NCBI GenBank assembly: GCA_030916895.1 | Contig: JAUPVR010000003.1 | Span: 1 to 54,442 of the forward strand | Length of the DNA stretch: 54,442 bases | From: Patescibacteria group bacterium | GTDB lineage: Bacteria > Patescibacteriota > Minisyncoccia > Phycocordibacterales > UBA5272 | Direction: 5' to 3' | The notes under the pieces: model-generated | What the model was told of the DNA's origin: nothing | Databases searched by the model: none | The model's input: only the letters and a program-made list of their open reading frames with translations | Made by a program: the position numbers and the translations under genes | In this document: positions 1 through 10,759 of the stretch, in pieces | Layout: every line of letters starts with the position of its first letter | Position numbering within the stretch: the stretch's first letter is position 1

Positions 1-1
1 T

Positions 2-1396
2 TTAAACATCTTAGAGCAAGTTGATATTTCAAAGCGACACCTTGTCGCAAACGGTCTCATGGCAGCGTTTAAAAAGATTTTTGGAGAAGAAAGGTTTTCT
101 GATCGTATTCAGTACATTTTAAATAATATCATTCTCGCACTTTTGGAAAACGAAGACCAGTCACTTCTCGGCGTTAATCGTATGCTCTCAGATAAGGAGT
201 ATCGTAAATTTATTGTGAGTAATGTTAAGGACCCATCCGTGAAATCATTTTGGGAGGAGGAGTTTGTTAAGGCTGGAGAGAAATATCAACAAGAAGCTGC
301 CCCTGGAATCCAGAATAAGATTGGTCAATTTATTTCTAATCCGCTCATTAGAAATATTATCGGTCAACACAAGACTTCATTTGATGTTCGTGAAGTGATG
401 GATAAAAAGAAGGTTCTCATTGTAAATCTTTCAAAAGGAAAAGTAGGTGAGGGGAATGCCGATCTCCTTGGTTCACTCATTATTACTAAGATTTACCTTG
501 CTGCCATGTCACGTGCCGATAAGGGAGCACATGAACTCGATACCTTGCCACCTTTTTATTTTTATGTAGATGAATTTCAAAATTTTGCTAATGAGTCATT
601 TGCAAGTATTTTGTCGGAATCACGTAAGTACAAACTCGCGCTTACCGTTGCTCATCAGTACATTGAACAAATGGAAGATGAGGTGAAGGCGGCGGTTTTT
701 GGTAACGTGGGAACCATGATTACCTTTCGCGTTGGCGCAACAGATGCAGAGGCATTTGAAAAAGAATTTGCCCCATACTTTACGATGGACGACATTGTCA
801 ACCTCTCTGCTTTTCAAGTATACCTTCGTCTTATGATTGACGGAGTTGGTTCAAAGCCGTTTTCTGCACACACACTTCCTCCAACCACCCCGCCAACACA
901 CTCGTTTGCACAGGCTGTCATAAACCATTCTCGAAATACATATAGTCGACCACTCAAAGAAGTTGAAGTAGAGGTTGCCTCCTTTTACTCACTCTTTGGA
1001 AAGGCTACGCAAGTAAGGCAAGACGTAAAACCTGAAACGACAGGGAATGTTAGACAGGAGCCAAAAAAAGAAATCCATGTTTCTACAGCCCCAAAAGAGT
1101 TCCCTCGAGGTAGAAGGGATGAGAGAAAAGAACGACATCAAGAAGAAAAAACAAAACAGTACACACAAAGTGGTCAACATGGTGGAAGAAGGGAAGAAAA
1201 GAAAACCACGTTTGATGACAAGCCATCTCTTTCACTTAAAGATGCACTTGCTCGAGCTCTTCAAGAAAAGAAGATTGACGAGAAAGAACACATAAAAAAA
1301 GTAGATAAAAAAGAGGAGGAAGATTTATCAGTGCTTTCAAAGAAAAAGAAAAGCGAAATCCCTGAAGAGGTCTTGCGCAGTCTTATTGGGGAATAG
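2..1396 (+). CDS. VirD4/TraD-like coupling ATPase (type IV secretion DNA-transfer family), 5' truncated by the window edge
   Basis: The frame is open from nt 2 (LNILEQVDISKRHLVANGLM...). It has the Walker B-like FYVDEFQNF, the SESRKYKLALTVAHQY and VFGNVGTMITFRVG motifs, and a charged low-complexity C-terminal tail. Confidence 0.85.
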   Translation, partial: LNILEQVDISKRHLVANGLMAAFKKIFGEERFSDRIQYILNNIILALLENEDQSLLGVNRMLSDKEYRKFIVSNVKDPSVKSFWEEEFVKAGEKYQQEAAPGIQNKIGQFISNPLIRNIIGQHKTSFDVREVMDKKKVLIVNLSKGKVGEGNADLLGSLIITKIYLAAMSRADKGAHELDTLPPFYFYVDEFQNFANESFASILSESRKYKLALTVAHQYIEQMEDEVKAAVFGNVGTMITFRVGATDAEAFEKEFAPYFTMDDIVNLSAFQVYLRLMIDGVGSKPFSAHTLPPTTPPTHSFAQAVINHSRNTYSRPLKEVEVEVASFYSLFGKATQVRQDVKPETTGNVRQEPKKEIHVSTAPKEFPRGRRDERKERHQEEKTKQYTQSGQHGGRREEKKTTFDDKPSLSLKDALARALQEKKIDEKEHIKKVDKKEEEDLSVLSKKKKSEIPEEVLRSLIGE

Positions 1397-1404
1397 TTTT
1401 TTGT

Positions 1405-2712
1405 ATGAGATATTTTACGTGTATAGTGGTTGGGATATTTCTCGGGGCAGGAAATCTACAAGCTCTTTCTATAAGTGAAATTATGTCAAACCCTGTAGGA
1501 GATGATGCGGGACGAGAGTGGGTTGAGGTGTATAACGACAGTGAGGTAGTGGTTGATATTACGACACTTGCTCTTTCGATAAAAGGAGGAAGTTTTGTTT
1601 CTGTTGTTCCTGTGCAAGGAGGAACAAGTATTCCCCCAAAAGGGTATGTGATTATAAGTTCGATTGTCTCGGCATCATCTCCCACTTCTCGCTTTTTAGA
1701 TTCTGGTACAGGATACCCAAGTTTTACAGGTGTTCTCATGCGAGTTGCTTCAAGTGTCTCTTTTGTAAATACAGGAACCACATCAATTGATCTTCGTCTT
1801 AATGGGTCTGTTGTTGACAGGCTTTCGTATACTCCCGCAGGAGAGGGGAAAACGCTCTCGCGTGTACATGATGTCTTTGTTTTAGGTACACCAACACCTG
1901 GGGTAGAGAATCAAGTAAGTGCCTCCCAAACACCGTTAAATGAGACGGGTGGTAATCAAACTGTACTTACGCAGGTCTCTCCTCCTTCACCAGATATTGT
2001 TCTTTATCTTCCTTCTGAAAAATTGGTAGTTGCTGGTGCTGAAACAGAGTTTTCTGTGCATGGTATGACACGAGCTGGGCAGATAATTGATGGTTTATCA
2101 GCAACATGGTCATTTGGGGATGGTGGCCACGCGATGGGTACTACAACTGGGTATGCATACGCTTACCCAGGTCGTTACCTTGCTCGTGTCGATGCCGGAA
2201 ACGCATACGTACGAGGTATTGGCACGGTACAGGTGTCCGTCGTTTCTCCAGAGGTTGTTATAAAAAGGTATGGGTCTGGAAAGTATGGTGCCTACGTGGA
2301 CATTGAGAATCCTAACAGCTACGATCTCGACTTATCGCAATGGCGATTATGGATTGGTTTTGGAAACTACGTTTTTCCTAAAAATACGGTTATTGCCGGG
2401 CATTCAGTTACTCGTATTTCTGGTCGCGCGATGGGGTTTGAGAAAACTGTTTTTAGAGAAGGGGACATCATTAAAATCACCTTTCCAAACCTTGAAGAAA
2501 TAACGAGGGTATCCATTGGAAAAAATGAAATACAAGAAGCCACCTCTACGGGGGTTGCTGTGGAGCAGAAAAAAACAAATACACCAATAGTGCCAGTTAT
2601 AAAAAGGGTGACATCGGTACAACCGGTTGCAACCACCTCATTTGCTGTTGTTCAAAAACCAACCCGTGATACTAGGATTATCTCTTGGTTTAAGTCAATG
2701 TTTGCGAGATGA
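1405..2712 (+). CDS. Secreted lamin-tail-domain + PKD-domain protein
   Basis: Signal-peptide-like N-terminus. LTD start ISEIMSNPVGDDAGREWVEVYN, PKD motif WSFGDG...YAYPGRY, and a second LTD-like segment VDIENPNSYDLDLSQWRL. Confidence 0.75.
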   Translation: MRYFTCIVVGIFLGAGNLQALSISEIMSNPVGDDAGREWVEVYNDSEVVVDITTLALSIKGGSFVSVVPVQGGTSIPPKGYVIISSIVSASSPTSRFLDSGTGYPSFTGVLMRVASSVSFVNTGTTSIDLRLNGSVVDRLSYTPAGEGKTLSRVHDVFVLGTPTPGVENQVSASQTPLNETGGNQTVLTQVSPPSPDIVLYLPSEKLVVAGAETEFSVHGMTRAGQIIDGLSATWSFGDGGHAMGTTTGYAYAYPGRYLARVDAGNAYVRGIGTVQVSVVSPEVVIKRYGSGKYGAYVDIENPNSYDLDLSQWRLWIGFGNYVFPKNTVIAGHSVTRISGRAMGFEKTVFREGDIIKITFPNLEEITRVSIGKNEIQEATSTGVAVEQKKTNTPIVPVIKRVTSVQPVATTSFAVVQKPTRDTRIISWFKSMFAR

Positions 2713-2745
2713 TTTTCTCATCAATTACTGATAGAATGAAGTTCT

Positions 2746-3549
2746 ATGATTACGGTTGTTGTACAGGGGGGGTTGGGTAACCAACTCTTTCAGTATGCTT
2801 ACGGGAGAGCGCTTATGGCGTCTGGTAAAGATGTCGTTTTTGATACGAGTTTTTTCGGGGTCAATCACAAGTATACAAAACGCCCATTTTTGCTAGAACA
2901 ATTTTTTCTTATTGATCACATACGAACCGCTACAACTTACCCAAAACAGAAATTTCTTACTCGTCTTATCAATAAAATAGATGTTGATAGAAGAGTGCGG
3001 TACATTCCCGCTAAGATGGGTGCTGATAACTATCTTGCGGATGGGTACTATACATCTGAGAAATATTTTTCACACATCAGAAATATAATTCTTGAAGAAG
3101 TTAAACTTAAAGAAGAGAGCTCTCTTTACAAGGAATGGCAAAGTCGAATTACAAGCGCTCGTAAACCTCTCATTGTTCACGCTCGGAGAACTGACTTTGT
3201 TGGTTCTGGGTTTGTTAATTTAGATGCTACATACTATGAAAAAGCACTTTCATATTTTGATGATGATTGCGAGATTTTTGCGTTCTCTGATGATATTACG
3301 TGGTTATCGGGCGCTATTAAACGACCATTCACTGCGGTAAGTGGAAATAATCTAAAAGATTACGAGGAGCTTATACTTATGTCTTTGGGGCAGAATTTTA
3401 TCATTGCCAACAGTACGTTTTCTTGGTGGGGAGCGTGGCTTTCACAAAGAGAGGGGAAAAAAGTAGTAGCGCCAAAAAAATGGTTCAAATCACCTTTTTG
3501 GTGGCGAGCAGAAAAAACAATCATTCCAAATTCTTGGACTGTAATTTAA
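2746..3549 (+). CDS. Alpha-1,2-fucosyltransferase (GT11)
   Basis: GT11 motifs [20 protein letters not shown] and [14 protein letters not shown]. Lies next to gmd and fcl. Confidence 0.92.
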   Translation: MITVVVQGGLGNQLFQYAYGRALMASGKDVVFDTSFFGVNHKYTKRPFLLEQFFLIDHIRTATTYPKQKFLTRLINKIDVDRRVRYIPAKMGADNYLADGYYTSEKYFSHIRNIILEEVKLKEESSLYKEWQSRITSARKPLIVHARRTDFVGSGFVNLDATYYEKALSYFDDDCEIFAFSDDITWLSGAIKRPFTAVSGNNLKDYEELILMSLGQNFIIANSTFSWWGAWLSQREGKKVVAPKKWFKSPFWWRAEKTIIPNSWTVI

Positions 3550-4496
3550 ATTTCTCGAAGGGTACCCTCTTTCAACTCCTTTAAGAAGGCTTGGTATGTT
3601 CTATCAAGGCCTTGTTCTAGTTCAATGGTGTGTTGCCACCCAAGAGCGTGTAATTTATCACAATTTAGTAGTTTTCTTGGTGGACCATCCGGTTTTGTTG
3701 TATCAAGAATAATGTCCCCGGTGAAACCAACAACATTTTTAACAAGTTCAGCTAAATCTTTAATTGCAATATCTGTTCCTGTGCCAATGTTAACCCATCC
3801 TTTTTCATCATAGTTTTCCATAAGAAAGACACACGCATCAGCTAAATCATCAACGTGGAGGAACTCTCTCTTTGGGGTTCCTGTTCCCCATATGGTTACG
3901 GTAGGGAGGTTGTCTTCTTTTGCTTGGTGGAATTTCCTAATGAGAGCAGGAAGAACATGGGAATTTTGGAGATGGTAATTATCTCCTGATCCGTAGAGAT
4001 TGGTGGGCATTACGGAAATAAAGTTATCGCCATACTGGTCTCGGTACGCATCACACATTTTTAATCCGGCAATTTTTGCAATCGCGTACGGCTCATTTGT
4101 TGGCTCAAGAGGACTTGTAAGGAGCACATCTTCCGTCATTGGTTGCGGTGCCATTTTTGGATAAATACATGATGACCCCAAGAAGAGAAGTTTTTTTGCT
4201 TTAAAGACATGAGATGCGTGAATGATATTGGTTTCTATGGTTAGGTTTTCATAGATGAAATCTGCACGTTTGGTGTTATTTCCAACAATGCCACCAACTT
4301 TTGCTGCGGCAAGGAAAACATATTCCGGTTTATTTTTTTCAAAAAACTCCATGACACTTGCTTGGTTAAGGAGGTCAAGATTTTTACGTGGCGCGGTGAG
4401 GATATTACTGAATCCTTTTGATTTTAGGTTTCTTACAATTGCACCTCCAACCATTCCATTGTGTCCAGCAACAAAAATGAGAGAATCTTTTTTCAT
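3546..4496 (-). CDS. fcl: GDP-L-fucose synthase
   Basis: [38 protein letters not shown] and [15 protein letters not shown] motifs. Confidence 0.96.
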   Translation of the reverse strand: MKKDSLIFVAGHNGMVGGAIVRNLKSKGFSNILTAPRKNLDLLNQASVMEFFEKNKPEYVFLAAAKVGGIVGNNTKRADFIYENLTIETNIIHASHVFKAKKLLFLGSSCIYPKMAPQPMTEDVLLTSPLEPTNEPYAIAKIAGLKMCDAYRDQYGDNFISVMPTNLYGSGDNYHLQNSHVLPALIRKFHQAKEDNLPTVTIWGTGTPKREFLHVDDLADACVFLMENYDEKGWVNIGTGTDIAIKDLAELVKNVVGFTGDIILDTTKPDGPPRKLLNCDKLHALGWQHTIELEQGLDRTYQAFLKELKEGTLREI

Positions 4497-4505
4497 ATTG
4501 TTTAA

Positions 4506-5573
4506 TTATACTTTAAATCCACCCTCTAGAATATGTTTTTCTCGATTTGCTTGTTCTAAGTCATATTCCATCATGTCGTGGAGCATTTGCTGTACGGTTA
4601 TTTTTGGTTTCCAACCAAGAACTTTTTTTGCTTTATTTGGATTACCAAGAAGAGTTTCAACTTCTGCGGGGCGGTAATATTTTTCATCAACACGCACAAG
4701 CACTTTTCCGGTTTTTTTATCAACACCAGTTTCTTTTGATCCTTTTCCTTTCCAGACAATAGTGACGCCGACATGTTTAAAAGCCCATGTAACAAATTGA
4801 CGCACACTGTATTGCTTACCAGTTGCAATGACGAAATCGTCAGCCTTTTTATGTTGTAAGATAAGCCACATTGCCTCAACATAGTCACGCGCATCACCCC
4901 AGTCTCGTTTTGCGTCAAGGTTACCAAGGTAGAGCGTTTCTTCAAGTCCAACACTCATTCGCGCTACACCACGGGTTATTTTTCTTGTGACAAAGGTTTC
5001 CCCACGAAGTGGTCCCTCATGGTTAAACAAAATACCATTTGAAGCAAACATTCCATAACTTTCTCTATAGTTTTTTGTAATCCAGTAGCCGAATACTTTT
5101 GCAACACCATACGGGCTTCTTGGGTAAAACGGAGTTGTTTCTTTTTGTGGAGTTTCGACGACTTTACCAAACATTTCAGATGATGAAGCTTGGTAAAATC
5201 TTGTTTTCTTTTCAAGTCCGCAAATACGTATTGCTTCGAGTACACGAAGAACACCAAGAGCATCAACATCAGCTGTGTACTCTGGGTTTTCAAAAGAAAC
5301 TTTTACATGTGATTGTGCACCAAGGTTGTAGATCTCGTCTGGTTTAATGTTTTGAATTATTGTACACAAACTAGAGGTATCGGATAAGTCGCCAAAGTGG
5401 AGTTTGAAACGAGGGGAATTGTGGAGGTCTTCGTAGATGTCGTCGATGCGTGCCGTATTGAAAAGTGATGTACGTCTTTTGATGCCGTGAACCTCATACC
5501 CTTTCTTGAGTAAGAATTTTGCCAAATAGGCGCCATCTTGTCCGGTAACTCCTGTAATTAAAGCTTTTTTCAT
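4506..5573 (-). CDS. gmd: GDP-mannose 4,6-dehydratase
   Basis: [33 protein letters not shown] and [10 protein letters not shown]. Start moved to the ATG at 5573 (MKKALITG). Confidence 0.97.
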   Translation of the reverse strand: MKKALITGVTGQDGAYLAKFLLKKGYEVHGIKRRTSLFNTARIDDIYEDLHNSPRFKLHFGDLSDTSSLCTIIQNIKPDEIYNLGAQSHVKVSFENPEYTADVDALGVLRVLEAIRICGLEKKTRFYQASSSEMFGKVVETPQKETTPFYPRSPYGVAKVFGYWITKNYRESYGMFASNGILFNHEGPLRGETFVTRKITRGVARMSVGLEETLYLGNLDAKRDWGDARDYVEAMWLILQHKKADDFVIATGKQYSVRQFVTWAFKHVGVTIVWKGKGSKETGVDKKTGKVLVRVDEKYYRPAEVETLLGNPNKAKKVLGWKPKITVQQMLHDMMEYDLEQANREKHILEGGFKV

Positions 5574-5623
5574 AGAATATGCAGTGTAGTATAGCATATG
5601 TATGCCTCACTTAGTGGTTTGGA

Positions 5624-6541
5624 TTATGCTAACAAATTCTGTATTCTCGCTGTCTTGTTTGTATGTATAAAGAATAAGTTGTCGTATAAGTAGCTCTCTT
5701 TTGGTGTGTGTTTTTTTAACAAACCTTCTAGTGTAATTTCATAAACTTCGTAGTCTTTGTTAAGTAAAAGGTTAATTGATTGTGTACAATTTTCTTTCCA
5801 CTCTTCTCCTCCACCAACTTCAATTGTCACACACGGCTGTACTTCTGTTAGGATGGTATCCATTGCCTTAAGGATGAGATGTTCAGCTCCTTCTGCGTCA
5901 ATTTTTATAAGGTCAGGTAGTAGGTTTTTATTTTTACAAAAATCATCAAGTGCGATTGTTTTTACCACAATTCGCTCGGCATCATCCCTGAAGGAAATGT
6001 CTTTATCTGTTCTTTTTTTGAAAGAATTGAAGGCGCTGTATTTTGGGCCGTAGTCAAAAAATTCAATATCAATCTCTTTATCTAAAACAGCATTGTTATA
6101 AATTTGTACATTTTTTTTGTGGGCAGTGTTTTCTTTGAGACTTTGAAATGTTCTTGGTGTTGGTTCAAAGCTCACAACTTTCCCGGTGTCGCCAACAAGT
6201 GAGCTTGCAAGCATGGAGTAGTAGCCAACATGAGCACCAATATCAAAAAAAGTATCGCCTTCTTGTAAAAAGTTTATAAAAAAATTACTAAGATTTGCTT
6301 CAAAGAAGCCGTAGTAGTAAAGCATCCCGCCTTCAGGAAGGTAGTACGACATGTTTTCTCCCCAGAGAGTTTTTCTTGTCACTTTGTATGGTTTGATATA
6401 GGCAAGATACTGTCGTATGAAGTAGGGGATTGTATGAAAAGGTGACCTTAAAACCCTTTTTACTCTACTTCCTTGTAGTTTGTAAAGTTCGTACCGAGCA
6501 AGTATTTTGTTTTTTAATTCTTCCTTGTTTTGGTTTTTCAT
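5624..6541 (-). CDS. FkbM family methyltransferase
   Basis: FFDIGAHVGYYS, VVSFEP and LIKIDAEGAE motifs. Confidence 0.9.
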   Translation of the reverse strand: MKNQNKEELKNKILARYELYKLQGSRVKRVLRSPFHTIPYFIRQYLAYIKPYKVTRKTLWGENMSYYLPEGGMLYYYGFFEANLSNFFINFLQEGDTFFDIGAHVGYYSMLASSLVGDTGKVVSFEPTPRTFQSLKENTAHKKNVQIYNNAVLDKEIDIEFFDYGPKYSAFNSFKKRTDKDISFRDDAERIVVKTIALDDFCKNKNLLPDLIKIDAEGAEHLILKAMDTILTEVQPCVTIEVGGGEEWKENCTQSINLLLNKDYEVYEITLEGLLKKHTPKESYLYDNLFFIHTNKTARIQNLLA

Positions 6542-6646
6542 ACGAAGGCAATAATGTGATTTTGATTATACCATAGCTTAATTTTAGTTTTCACCTTTAA
6601 AATTAAAGATTTTCTTGTTTCCAACGGAGATGGTATTATTCAAAGT

Positions 6647-7645
6647 ATGACATCTAAGAAGAGAACAATTTTGGTAACTGGCGGTGCTGGCTATATTGGT
6701 TCCCATATTGTTTCCGCTTTGCGTAGTAGTGGCGGATATAGAATAGAAATCGTTGATAATTTTCGCGAATCTCGTAGTAATGTTATTCAAGACGAAAGTA
6801 TCGTGTATCACGAAGTGGATATTAGAAACAAGGAAAAGCTCATGGAGGTCTTTGAGTTGACGAAACCCGATTTAGTTTTTCATTTTGCCGCACTTGCTAG
6901 TGTCCCAGATTCCATGGAAAATCCTGCTGAGTACTATGAGAACAATGTTGTTGGAGGATTAAATCTCCTTGAGTGTATGCGTGTTTGTGGAGTGAAAAAA
7001 ATAGTTTTCTCTTCATCGGCATCGACATACGGCGAACCCCTAACTGAGGAGATAACCGAAGAACATCCGCAAGTTCCCACAAACACCTACGGGTATACAA
7101 AACTCATTTTTGAAAATATGCTGAAAGATTATAATCGATCATATGGTTTTTCGTCTATCTCGCTTCGATACTTTTGCGCATCTGGTTGTGATGTTTCTGC
7201 GGGTATTGGTGAGTACCACACACCAGAAACACACGCCATACCATCAATTGTGGAAACTCTTCTTGGTCGACGAAAGGAATTTTCTGTGTACGGTAATGAT
7301 TTTCCAACACCTGACGGTACCGGTGTTAGGGACTACATCCATGTGATGGATTTGGCAGAAGCACATACGCTTGCTATGAATAAACTCTTTGAAGAAAATC
7401 TAATGTGTAAGCAATATAATCTTGGTATTAATAAAGGGTTTTCAGTTATGGAGCTCATCAAGTCAGCAGAAGAGATTTCTGGTAAAAAACTTTCTTATAG
7501 CATTAAGGATAGAAGATTAGGTGATCCATCAAGATTAATCGCCAATTCAGATAAAGCACAAAAAGAACTTGGGTGGACACCAAAACATCTTGATGTTAAA
7601 GATATGATAGCCTCTACATATGAGTTCTTCTCTTCAAAGAAATGA
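6647..7645 (+). CDS. galE: UDP-glucose 4-epimerase
   Basis: ILVTGGAGYIGSH, HFAALASV, FSSSASTYG, YGYTK and DGTGVRDYIHVMDLA. Confidence 0.92.
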   Translation: MTSKKRTILVTGGAGYIGSHIVSALRSSGGYRIEIVDNFRESRSNVIQDESIVYHEVDIRNKEKLMEVFELTKPDLVFHFAALASVPDSMENPAEYYENNVVGGLNLLECMRVCGVKKIVFSSSASTYGEPLTEEITEEHPQVPTNTYGYTKLIFENMLKDYNRSYGFSSISLRYFCASGCDVSAGIGEYHTPETHAIPSIVETLLGRRKEFSVYGNDFPTPDGTGVRDYIHVMDLAEAHTLAMNKLFEENLMCKQYNLGINKGFSVMELIKSAEEISGKKLSYSIKDRRLGDPSRLIANSDKAQKELGWTPKHLDVKDMIASTYEFFSSKK

Positions 7646-8376
7646 AAGCTCTAATTCTTGCCGCAGGTCTTGGCACAAGACTTCGTCCGTTGACGGAAAA
7701 AACACCAAAACAACTTTTACCTGTAAACGGTAAACCACCACTCCTTTACCACCTTGAAAGCCTTTCCTTGTTTGGTGTAGATGGTGTTTTGATAAATACC
7801 CACCACCTCTCTGAAAAGATAGACTCCTTTGTTAAAGGTGAACAAACAGTTTTTCCATCGATGACAATTACGACCACTTTCGAGCCCGAACTTCTAGGAA
7901 GCGCTGGGACAATGTTTGCAAATAAGACTTTCTTTGATGATTCTGAAGATTTTCTGGTTGTTTACGGTGATAATCTGACAGATATCAATTACAAGGAATT
8001 TTTTGATGAGCACAAGAAAAAAGGGGGGCTTGTTACCATTGCTTGCTATTACGAGCATCATCCAGAAAGCAAGGGAATCATTAATTTCAATGATTCTGGA
8101 AAAATAACGAGTTTTTTGGAGAAACCAAAAAAAGAACAGGTTACAAGTAACTGGGCAAATGCGGGGATGTATTTTATAAACAAGAAAATATTTGAATATA
8201 TCAATAATTTTGAGCAAACTCCTCTTGATTTTGGATACCACTTATTTCCTTTTTTGTTAGAGAAAGGTGAAGATATGTATATATATCAAATGTCTGAAAC
8301 AGTTCTCGACATTGGCACCTTAGAAAGTTATAATGAGGCTCAAAGTCTCGCAAAAAAACTATTTAAAAATGATTAA
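7642..8376 (+). CDS. hddC: Nucleotidyltransferase, probably D-glycero-D-manno-heptose 1-phosphate guanylyltransferase
   Basis: ALILAAGLGTRLRPLT, LGSAG and VYGD motifs. The specific function is inferred from the neighbouring hddA/gmhA/gmhB genes. Confidence 0.75.
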   Translation: MKALILAAGLGTRLRPLTEKTPKQLLPVNGKPPLLYHLESLSLFGVDGVLINTHHLSEKIDSFVKGEQTVFPSMTITTTFEPELLGSAGTMFANKTFFDDSEDFLVVYGDNLTDINYKEFFDEHKKKGGLVTIACYYEHHPESKGIINFNDSGKITSFLEKPKKEQVTSNWANAGMYFINKKIFEYINNFEQTPLDFGYHLFPFLLEKGEDMYIYQMSETVLDIGTLESYNEAQSLAKKLFKND

Positions 8377-9130
8377 AGAAAACAAATTTGGCGGTGAACG
8401 ACTAGAGAGCAAGAGTGTATTGTCCAGGAACAATCTACTAGAACACCTTGTGCGATATGAAATGCTTCCAGGGAACAAAGACCACACTGTTTTAGATGTT
8501 GGTTGTGGTGCAGGACATGGTAGTAACCTGCTTTCGAAAAAATATAAAAAAGTCTATGGAGTGGATATTTCTCCGGAGGCAATAGGGTACGCAAAAAATA
8601 ACTGGGGTTCTGATAATATAGAGTTTGTGGTTGGCAGTGCAATGGACATACCTTTTCCAGACAGCACCTTTGACGCGATTTCTGCGTTTGAAGTTTTCGA
8701 ACATCTAACCGATTGGAGAAAGTTTCTTTCTGAGTTACGGAGAGTTTTAAAACCAGAAGGGGTTGTCTATATTTCAACACCAAATAAGACACTCTATTCT
8801 CCGGGGACTGAAAAGCCGATTAATCCTCATCATATTTTTGAAATGACCATCCCTGAATTTGAGAGTGCGGTCAAAGAATTTTTCTTGCTTAAGAATATGT
8901 ATGGGCAGAGAACCCCAGTTTATAATGATCACATTATTTGGAGCGTTGTTAACCCTGTCTTGTTTACATTTAAAAAAATTATTCCTTACAAATGGAACAA
9001 TACACTCAAGCTGAAAATTATTAATTGGATAAAACCAGAGCTTTCCATCGAGGATATTGTTATTAAGAGTGATAAAGAGTGGGTTAAGCGGTCGCGTTTC
9101 GTTATTGCAGAGTGTCAAAATAACAAGTAA
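8369..9130 (+). CDS. Class I SAM-dependent methyltransferase
   Basis: VLDVGCGAGHG, FDAISAFEVFEH and RRVLKPEG motifs. Likely start is the ATG at 8369, overlapping the upstream stop. Confidence 0.9.
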   Translation: MIKENKFGGERLESKSVLSRNNLLEHLVRYEMLPGNKDHTVLDVGCGAGHGSNLLSKKYKKVYGVDISPEAIGYAKNNWGSDNIEFVVGSAMDIPFPDSTFDAISAFEVFEHLTDWRKFLSELRRVLKPEGVVYISTPNKTLYSPGTEKPINPHHIFEMTIPEFESAVKEFFLLKNMYGQRTPVYNDHIIWSVVNPVLFTFKKIIPYKWNNTLKLKIINWIKPELSIEDIVIKSDKEWVKRSRFVIAECQNNK

Positions 9131-9139
9131 GATAGGGAT

Positions 9140-10138
9140 ATGATTATTACGAGAGCACCATTACGCATAAGTTTTGTTGGAGGGGGGACAGATATTAAGG
9201 AATTTTACTCTCGATATCCAGGTAGGGTTATTTCAACAACAATTGATAAGTTTGTCTATATTGTTAGCAATCAGAATACATTCTCTGGTAAATACATTCT
9301 TAAGTACTTTCAAACTGAAATTGCTAATCATCCGAGTGAGTTTAAACATGACAGATTTAAAGAAGCTCTTCTCCACATAGGAATAGATAATGGTATTGAA
9401 ATAGCTTCTTTTGCAGACCTTCCTTCCAAAACTGGACTAGGTTCGTCATCTTCATTTTCTGTTGCCCTTATGAAAGCTCTTTATGCAAATCAGGGAAAAA
9501 AGATTAGTAAAGAACAAGCTGCTCAATCCGCGTGTGAATTGGAAATAGATATTTTGAAAGAACCAATTGGAAAGCAGGACCAGTATGCTTCTGCGTATGG
9601 GGGATTAAATGTGATTACATTTAATACCGACGGAACAGTCGATGTCGAGCCAATCTTTATGGATTTTAAATTTAAATCAAAATTTGAAAACCATATGATG
9701 CTTTTTTTCACCGGCATGACGAGATCGGCAGGTTCTGTTTTGGGTGAACAGAAGAAGAAAATTGATAACAATTTTGAAACCTACAAAAAAATGTCAGATT
9801 CAGTTCTTGAATTTAAGGACAAACTTCTTAATGAAGACATTAAGGGGATGGCAGAGATGCTCCATGAAGGGTGGCAAAGAAAGAAAACTCTCGCGTCTTC
9901 AATAACTAACAGTGAAACTGATGTGCTCTATGAAAAGGCAATAAAAAATGGAGCGTGGGGTGGAAAAATTTTAGGTGCGGGTGGAGGCGGTTGTTTGCTG
10001 TTTATTGCTCCACCTGAAAAACAACAAAAAATACAGGAAGCTCTTGATGCTGAGGCAAAAAAAGTAGGACTTGTTGATTTTAAGAGAATTCATTTTGGGC
10101 TCACATCTTCTGGGGTTGATATATTATTTAATTCATAA
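9140..10138 (+). CDS. hddA: GHMP kinase, D-glycero-alpha-D-manno-heptose 7-phosphate kinase
   Basis: RAPLRISFVGGGTD, GLGSSSSF, GKQDQYASAYGG and GKILGAGGGG. Confidence 0.88.
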   Translation: MIITRAPLRISFVGGGTDIKEFYSRYPGRVISTTIDKFVYIVSNQNTFSGKYILKYFQTEIANHPSEFKHDRFKEALLHIGIDNGIEIASFADLPSKTGLGSSSSFSVALMKALYANQGKKISKEQAAQSACELEIDILKEPIGKQDQYASAYGGLNVITFNTDGTVDVEPIFMDFKFKSKFENHMMLFFTGMTRSAGSVLGEQKKKIDNNFETYKKMSDSVLEFKDKLLNEDIKGMAEMLHEGWQRKKTLASSITNSETDVLYEKAIKNGAWGGKILGAGGGGCLLFIAPPEKQQKIQEALDAEAKKVGLVDFKRIHFGLTSSGVDILFNS

Positions 10139-10147
10139 TCAAAAACG

Positions 10148-10759
10148 ATGAAAACATACATTGAAAAATTCGCAGATGATATATCGTTTCAAATGAAGAA
10201 TCTTCCAGCAGAGGAAATTGCTAAAGCGACACACATCATTCAGTCTGTTTATGAAAGGGATGGCAGAATTTATGTTTTTGGTAATGGTGGGTCACTTGCG
10301 CTTGCGACACACTGGGTGAGTGATTTCAATAAGACTGTGTTTAGTCATAACCTTGATGCAAATATTAAGCGTTTTCAGGCAATACGCCTTCCATCAACTG
10401 AGTCTGAAATTACAGCATGGGCAAATGATGTGGGTTTCGATATGATATTTGCGGGGCCCCTTAAGAATTACCTCCAAGAAACCGATTGTTTAATTGCGAT
10501 AAGTAGTTCCGGTAATTCGCCGAACATTATTAAAGCGGTTGAACTTGCAAAATCACACCATGTACCCGTGATAGGTATTTCTGGTTTTGATGGAGGAAAG
10601 TTAAACGAACTTGCTGATGCAAAAATTGTTATTAAAACCGAGAAAGGGGCGTATGCCATCGTAGAGAGTGTACATGGGGCAATTCTTCACCTTTTTACAA
10701 GTTATTTTCAAGATTACTTCGACCACATTGTAAAGCGTGATGAAAAGCACAAAAAGTAA
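10148..10759 (+). CDS. gmhA: Sedoheptulose 7-phosphate isomerase (SIS domain)
   Basis: FGNGGS, ITAWAND and AISSSGNSPNI motifs. Confidence 0.9.
   Translation: MKTYIEKFADDISFQMKNLPAEEIAKATHIIQSVYERDGRIYVFGNGGSLALATHWVSDFNKTVFSHNLDANIKRFQAIRLPSTESEITAWANDVGFDMIFAGPLKNYLQETDCLIAISSSGNSPNIIKAVELAKSHHVPVIGISGFDGGKLNELADAKIVIKTEKGAYAIVESVHGAILHLFTSYFQDYFDHIVKRDEKHKK

Noticed and set aside
980-1396. Lys/Glu-rich tail of the first gene as a repeat element or separate overlapping gene
   Set aside because: It is ordinary low-complexity disordered coding sequence. The overlapping short ORFs have no independent support.
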